Shown one piece after another: positions 37,597-42,135 of a stretch of 42,135 bases of DNA. The notes beneath the pieces are model-generated. The model did not search any database. It had not been told where the DNA came from and saw only the letters and a program-made list of their open reading frames with translations. The position numbers and the translations under genes are program-made. The stretch's first letter is position 1, and every line of letters starts with the position of its first letter. The stretch is taken from positions 124,001 to 166,135 of the forward strand of contig CAZWTX010000002.1 of NCBI GenBank assembly GCA_964637135.1, given 5' to 3'. Source of the stretch: an uncultured Methanospirillum sp. (GTDB taxonomy: Archaea; Halobacteriota; Methanomicrobia; Methanomicrobiales; Methanospirillaceae).

Positions 37597-39467
37597 ACCT
37601 TCGGCTCTTCTCACCGAGAACGGTTGAAGCCTGGCTTTCAGGAACAAATCTCCGGCAATCGATCCGATCTGCCCATCTCCCATACTCTCAGTACCGGTTC
37701 TTCCTGATCCTTCTCTGGTCGACCATTGCCTCCACGGCAATCTTCGGTCTCGCTGCCTTTTTCATCCTGACCGGGGCAGTTAACCCAGTCCCGGCACTCG
37801 GGCCAATTATCACCACCCTCATTCTCTTCATGATCCTCGTTCCCGGGGTATTCCTCGCAATCTATACCTATCCTGCAACACTCGCCGCGGGACGGAAGAA
37901 TTCTATAGACCTCGATCTCCCGTATACCATCACGTACATGCAGGCACTCTCCTCAACGATGACCCTTAACAATGTCATCAGGAAGATCTACGAGGCCGAC
38001 GATCTCTTCGGCGAGGTTTCGAAGGAGTTCGGCCTGATCGTCCGGGATGTGGAACTCTTCGGCGACGATCTCTACACCGCGATCAAGAGCCTTCAGAAAG
38101 TCACTCCCTCAAAAAACCTCGAGGATTTTCTCAACGATCTCCTCCTCCTCTCGAGCAGCGGGGGGGATATCACGAATTTCCTCGCATCCCGGTCAGCGTA
38201 CTTCCGTGAAACGGCTGCACGGGATCTCGACGCCCTGCTCAAGACGATCGAGGTGATGGCAGAAGTGTATGTTACTGCCTTTGTTGCCGGACCGATCACG
38301 ATGATCATCATCATCGTCGCACAGAACCTGGGGGGAAAATCAGATCTCGCCGGGTACATGCCGATGATCATCCTTGGACTGGCACTCGGGTCTATGGGGA
38401 TGATCTATATCCTTCACCTGATGCTTCCCGAGATCAGGATGGACATCACGAAGAAACCGGTAGAGGCCGGTGAATTCTCCGATCTCCCGGCTGCCACGGG
38501 CGGGTATACCAGCGTCGACCAGAAGTTCCTGAAACATCTCGAGGGAAAACGGAACCGGTACCGGCTTGAAAACCTCCTGAAAAATCCGGCCCGGGCATAT
38601 ATCTCGAATTTCCAGATATCCGGGATCCTGAGCGGTGCGCTCGGAGTGGTGCTCCTCGTGCTGTATGTCCATCCCGTTCTCTTCCCTGCCGTCTCATCGC
38701 TCTCTTTCGAGGCCTTTCTTTCGATCTTAGCCATCGTGGTGATGGCCCCTATCTCGCTCTCGTTCGAGGGGAGAACCTGGTTCGTAACCAATGTCGAGAA
38801 GCATACCCCCGAGTTCCTCCGTCAGCTCGTGGACATGAAGGATGTCGGGGTCACCCTCCAGACAGCGATCACCCTCATCTCCCGCTCCAAACTCGGGGTG
38901 CTTTCCCAGGAACTCGTGATGACCTCGGAGGATATCCGTCGCGGTGCCACGACGATCAATGCCCTGGTGAGGATGGAAGAGCGGATTGGTCTCGTATCAG
39001 TGAAACGGGCGATATCGCTCCTCGTGAAAGCAAGCGAGGTGACCGATTACATCAAGGATGTGCTGATCATCGCGATCAATGACTTCGAACATTACCTGAA
39101 ACTCAAGAAGGACCGGTTCAACATCGCGATCACGTACGTGATGATCGTCTACCTGGCGGTCGGGATATACCTCTATACTGCCTACTCGCTGAACGTCTCC
39201 TTTGTCGCCTCGTTCACGAACTTTGATGTCTCCTTTGATACCTCGGGAAACCTGACCGACATGTTCCGGATCGGGATCGTTCTCTCGTTCTTCTCCGGTC
39301 TCATGGCCGGCCAGCTCGCTTCGAACAGTATCCTTTCAGGGTTGAAACATGCAATCCTCCTTCTGCTCGGGACATTCCTTCTCTTCGAGTTCTTCATCCC
39401 GATGCAGATCGATCTCGCAACCGCTGCTGCTGCTGCGGCGGCGGCCGATGTTACCGGAGGCATATGA
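37593..39467 (+). CDS. Type IV pilus platform membrane protein (FlaJ/TadC-like, two T2SSF domains)
   Basis: IDLDLPYTITYMQALS, FGEVSKEF..IVRDVELFG, second repeat PEFLRQL..MKDVG, multiple TM segments. Confidence 0.9.
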   Translation: MNLRLFSPRTVEAWLSGTNLRQSIRSAHLPYSQYRFFLILLWSTIASTAIFGLAAFFILTGAVNPVPALGPIITTLILFMILVPGVFLAIYTYPATLAAGRKNSIDLDLPYTITYMQALSSTMTLNNVIRKIYEADDLFGEVSKEFGLIVRDVELFGDDLYTAIKSLQKVTPSKNLEDFLNDLLLLSSSGGDITNFLASRSAYFRETAARDLDALLKTIEVMAEVYVTAFVAGPITMIIIIVAQNLGGKSDLAGYMPMIILGLALGSMGMIYILHLMLPEIRMDITKKPVEAGEFSDLPAATGGYTSVDQKFLKHLEGKRNRYRLENLLKNPARAYISNFQISGILSGALGVVLLVLYVHPVLFPAVSSLSFEAFLSILAIVVMAPISLSFEGRTWFVTNVEKHTPEFLRQLVDMKDVGVTLQTAITLISRSKLGVLSQELVMTSEDIRRGATTINALVRMEERIGLVSVKRAISLLVKASEVTDYIKDVLIIAINDFEHYLKLKKDRFNIAITYVMIVYLAVGIYLYTAYSLNVSFVASFTNFDVSFDTSGNLTDMFRIGIVLSFFSGLMAGQLASNSILSGLKHAILLLLGTFLLFEFFIPMQIDLATAAAAAAAADVTGGI

Positions 39468-39874
39468 CCGGAAGAGAGAGTGCCGTCTCGCCGGTCATCG
39501 GGGAGATGCTGATGCTCACCCTCGTACTTATTCTCCTTCCGGTGGCGACGATCAGCCTGATCACGCAGACACCTGACGATAGGATCCCGTCGGTGACGAT
39601 ACGGATGGCTGCAAACGAATCGGTGATCGTCCTCGCCCACAAGGGAGGCGACTGGGTCAGTTCTGAATCGCTCACAGTGATCCTCCGGAATGGAACTGAC
39701 GAGACGATCTTCAGGTCAGGGGAGATCGTGCATGATCCTGCCTCAGTCAGTTTTGATCTCGGGGACCGGCTGATCGTTGACCGGTCCGGGTACCCGGATG
39801 GGAGCCGGGTGGATCTCGTCATTCCCCGGGCGGTACTCTTCTCCGGGATCCTCTCCTCCGGGGAGGAACCATGA
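39464..39874 (+). CDS. Archaeal type IV pilin (DUF1628-like)
   Basis: Class III signal RESA|VSPVIGEMLMLTLVLIL and the HKGGD motif. Confidence 0.88.
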   Translation: MTGRESAVSPVIGEMLMLTLVLILLPVATISLITQTPDDRIPSVTIRMAANESVIVLAHKGGDWVSSESLTVILRNGTDETIFRSGEIVHDPASVSFDLGDRLIVDRSGYPDGSRVDLVIPRAVLFSGILSSGEEP

Positions 39875-40740
39875 ACAGGAGAGAGAATGCTGTCTCACCG
39901 GTGGTGGCATTCCTCCTTATTCTTGTCGTGATCGTCTCGTTCCTCTCGATCCTCCAGGGGAGTTATCTCCCCCGACTCAAGGAAGAAGCCGAAGTTCAGC
40001 ATTTGCATGCCGTAGAGGAAGGGATGGTTGAGATCGGATCTGCGATCGGCAATCTGGTTGGAGCTGAAGGAAGACAGTCACGGCAGGTACCAATCCCGCT
40101 CGGAGGCGGAGACGTGCTCTTTTCACCGACCAGATCATCCGGAACCCTCCGGATCGTTCCCGATGATGATCCGGTCTGCACCCTCTCGGTAACCAACGAA
40201 ACCGGACAGACCTGTGCATTTTCCGTTAATATCTCCAGGATCACGTATTCCCCGGTCTCAGGATTCTGGGTCAGCCAGGGGTATTCCTGGACCCCGGGGG
40301 TGGTATCCGTGCAGAAGGGATCTCGGATCACCCCGCTCAGTTATGTAAACGAAAGCCGAGCCGATGAACAGGAAACCGGGTTTCTCTCGATGCTTCTCAG
40401 GTTCTCCCCCGAAGGGGCAGCTGACAACCTCACCAGTATCGGGATTGGATTAACCAGCCTGGTTCCAGGGAATAATACCTTTGTCAGCAGCAACGGGATC
40501 GGGGAGGTGCTGATCCTGGCAACAGAACAAGAGATGCGGATCCGGAACATCAGCAGTCTGACAGTGACCTTCCGGGCAGACACGCAGGGTAATGCTCTTA
40601 CAGATCGGTTCAGGGGGGATTTTGAAGAGATTGCAGCCAGGTACGGGGGGGTGACCGCGACATCCGGCCCGGGTCTACTCTTCTCTCCTGCGGTGAACGG
40701 GGAGATTACCAGGCAGGAGATCGCGATATCGGTCAGATGA
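39871..40740 (+). CDS. Type IV pilin-like protein (minor pilin)
   Basis: Class III signal RENA|VSPVVAFLLIL, YLPRLKEEAEVQH, IPLGGG. Confidence 0.8.
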   Translation: MNRRENAVSPVVAFLLILVVIVSFLSILQGSYLPRLKEEAEVQHLHAVEEGMVEIGSAIGNLVGAEGRQSRQVPIPLGGGDVLFSPTRSSGTLRIVPDDDPVCTLSVTNETGQTCAFSVNISRITYSPVSGFWVSQGYSWTPGVVSVQKGSRITPLSYVNESRADEQETGFLSMLLRFSPEGAADNLTSIGIGLTSLVPGNNTFVSSNGIGEVLILATEQEMRIRNISSLTVTFRADTQGNALTDRFRGDFEEIAARYGGVTATSGPGLLFSPAVNGEITRQEIAISVR

Positions 40741-41168
40741 CCGATGCTATTGCTTAAGGGTACACCCGGTTACGGAAATGAAAACAAGAGAGTAATGGAG
40801 ATGAGGGGGACCTGTCCTAACCTTTTTTCAGATGATGATATCGGTACTGTCCCGGGTAGTTTTTCCGGAGAAAGGGTATTAGGTACCCATCTCTTCACAT
40901 CCTCCTATTCGATGCAGAACTGGAGGTCTGGTATACGGCAGGCTGAAGAATAATTCCATTGCAAACAGTGGTTCAAGGTAATAGATAGGATAACTGGGAT
41001 ATGTTTCGGAAGGAAAAGAGATCTCTTTTGGAGGATATCCATGAATTCATAATACTTCATGAAAGAATCTGCAGTGCGTTAGGGCATAATGTTATTCTCG
41101 TATCTTGAATTGGCAGAACAGAAACATCCAATCCCTTTAGGTAATCGGACTGTGTTGATCGTTTCCTG

Positions 41169-41636
41169 TCAGCACCCGGTCTTATCTTGTTCAAGGATGA
41201 GATGAAAACCCTCAATGGTGCGAAAATCAGTGTCAAACGATGCGAGGTGATTGATATTATGTTCCATACACGTGGCAATGATCATGGCATCTCCTGAGAG
41301 AAGACGATACCTGCACGCTATGTCTGATATTAAAAAGGCATTCGTGCTATCCATACACACGAAGAAATCCCGGACCAACAAATTCAGACACTCTAGGTAG
41401 TCAGAGATATCCAGGTATCCATTTTTCCGAATATAATTTCTCACCGCGGCAATTGATTCAAGTCCAAATCGTTCACGGAGAAGGATTTTTGTTCTGGCAA
41501 ATAATGCCTCATGATAGATCAGGGGAGATATTACCAGTCGGTATTGAGTACTATGAATAAAATTTTGCACCAGATCCGAATCAGAACTCTCTAATATCGC
41601 AGGGATTATGACGGAAGTATCTACAAAGGCATCCAT
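41169..41636 (-). CDS. vapC: PIN-domain toxin (VapC family)
   Basis: FVDTSVII, ISPLIYHE, YRLLSGDAMIIATC, LASFDTDF. Confidence 0.88.
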   Translation of the reverse strand: MDAFVDTSVIIPAILESSDSDLVQNFIHSTQYRLVISPLIYHEALFARTKILLRERFGLESIAAVRNYIRKNGYLDISDYLECLNLLVRDFFVCMDSTNAFLISDIACRYRLLSGDAMIIATCMEHNINHLASFDTDFRTIEGFHLILEQDKTGC

Positions 41637-41812
41637 GATTCATCACGACAAATGCGAATCTCTTCTCGGGTAATGGGCCTTTTTAATTTAATTGGTTTGA
41701 AGGGGATCTTCCGTTCAATATGCACAAGAACACGCTCCCCATCAGATAAATTCAAGGGTACGACCGGTTTTAACACATTTTCAATATAGATACATTCAAT
41801 TGTCTCAGGCAT
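41621..41812 (-). CDS. Antitoxin, AF2212/DUF104 family
   Basis: MPETIECIYIENVLKPVVPLNLSDGERV signature. Overlaps the PIN gene start. Confidence 0.82.
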   Translation of the reverse strand: MPETIECIYIENVLKPVVPLNLSDGERVLVHIERKIPFKPIKLKRPITREEIRICRDESWMPL

Positions 41813-41995
41813 CCTTCCTCCATTGTGTAGGGCAATAATATTTCCTACATGATTCCAGCCTCAATAAATATCATGCCACTCAGGATATTTCATCTGGACA
41901 ACAGATAAATGAAAAATCTTTTATGGGCAGCCGTTGAGGCAACCATTAAATATCACAATGTATATTCTCACCTATCAGCCAACGGGGTGAGATAA

Positions 41996-42135
41996 ATGAA
42001 ACCATGGTATCTCATGGCAATTCTCCTGCTGCTCATCTTTTCAGGCAGCGGGGTCCTCGGAGCAGACATGACCTTTGCCTACTCAGGGGAGGCAACCTAT
42101 GACGAACTGCCGGCAACCATGAACCTGGCATTCAC
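41996..42135 (+). CDS. Secreted protein, probably an ABC substrate-binding protein, 3'-truncated by the window edge
   Basis: SD GGGGTGA at 41984-41990. MKPWYLMAILLLLIFSGSGVLGADMTFAYSGE signal peptide. Frame is open to the window end. Confidence 0.55.
   Translation, partial: MKPWYLMAILLLLIFSGSGVLGADMTFAYSGEATYDELPATMNLAF

Noticed and set aside
39423..39446. (GCT)4(GCG)3GCC run at the end of the platform gene as a contingency repeat
   Set aside because: In-frame mixed-codon poly-Ala tail. Length change would not shift the frame.
1..42135. CRISPR arrays, tRNA/rRNA genes, IS elements, integrases
   Set aside because: No regularly spaced repeats, RNA gene signatures or transposase/integrase motifs were seen by eye.

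Overview
Archaeal DNA from a hydrogenotrophic methanogen, Methanomicrobiales-like (McrA N-terminus [17 protein letters not shown] and COG4738-type regulators). About 1-28.5 kb is a metal/tetrapyrrole-acquisition island. It holds a Nik/Dpp-type ABC importer with two paralogous binding proteins and a SAM methyltransferase, two FecCD/BtuCD-type importers and a DUF4198 protein. It also holds a complete class I chelatase set (CobN plus ChlI and a ChlD-vWA ORF in the -1 frame), an ABC-2 exporter and a BtuF-like binding protein. In the middle sits a complete mcrBDGA methyl-coenzyme M reductase operon lacking mcrC. Its methane-type active-site motifs are all intact, but its sequence is divergent and its codon bias looks relaxed, so it is probably a second, conditionally expressed MCR isoenzyme. 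The operon is transcribed divergently from an alpha/beta-hydrolase-fold gene that has Gly instead of the nucleophilic Ser and apparently starts at ATA. The right third has an iRadA-like orphan, a wHTH regulator, a KamA-family radical SAM enzyme, an HTH-PAS sensor and a CheY-like receiver. It also has a type IV pilus locus whose ATPase carries two extra degenerate N-domain copies, a VapBC-type pair and the start of another secreted binding protein. A nucleotidyltransferase/small-protein pair is a candidate uncharacterised toxin-antitoxin module. No rRNA, tRNA, CRISPR array or transposase was recognised. All calls come from motif recognition by eye; no searches were run.
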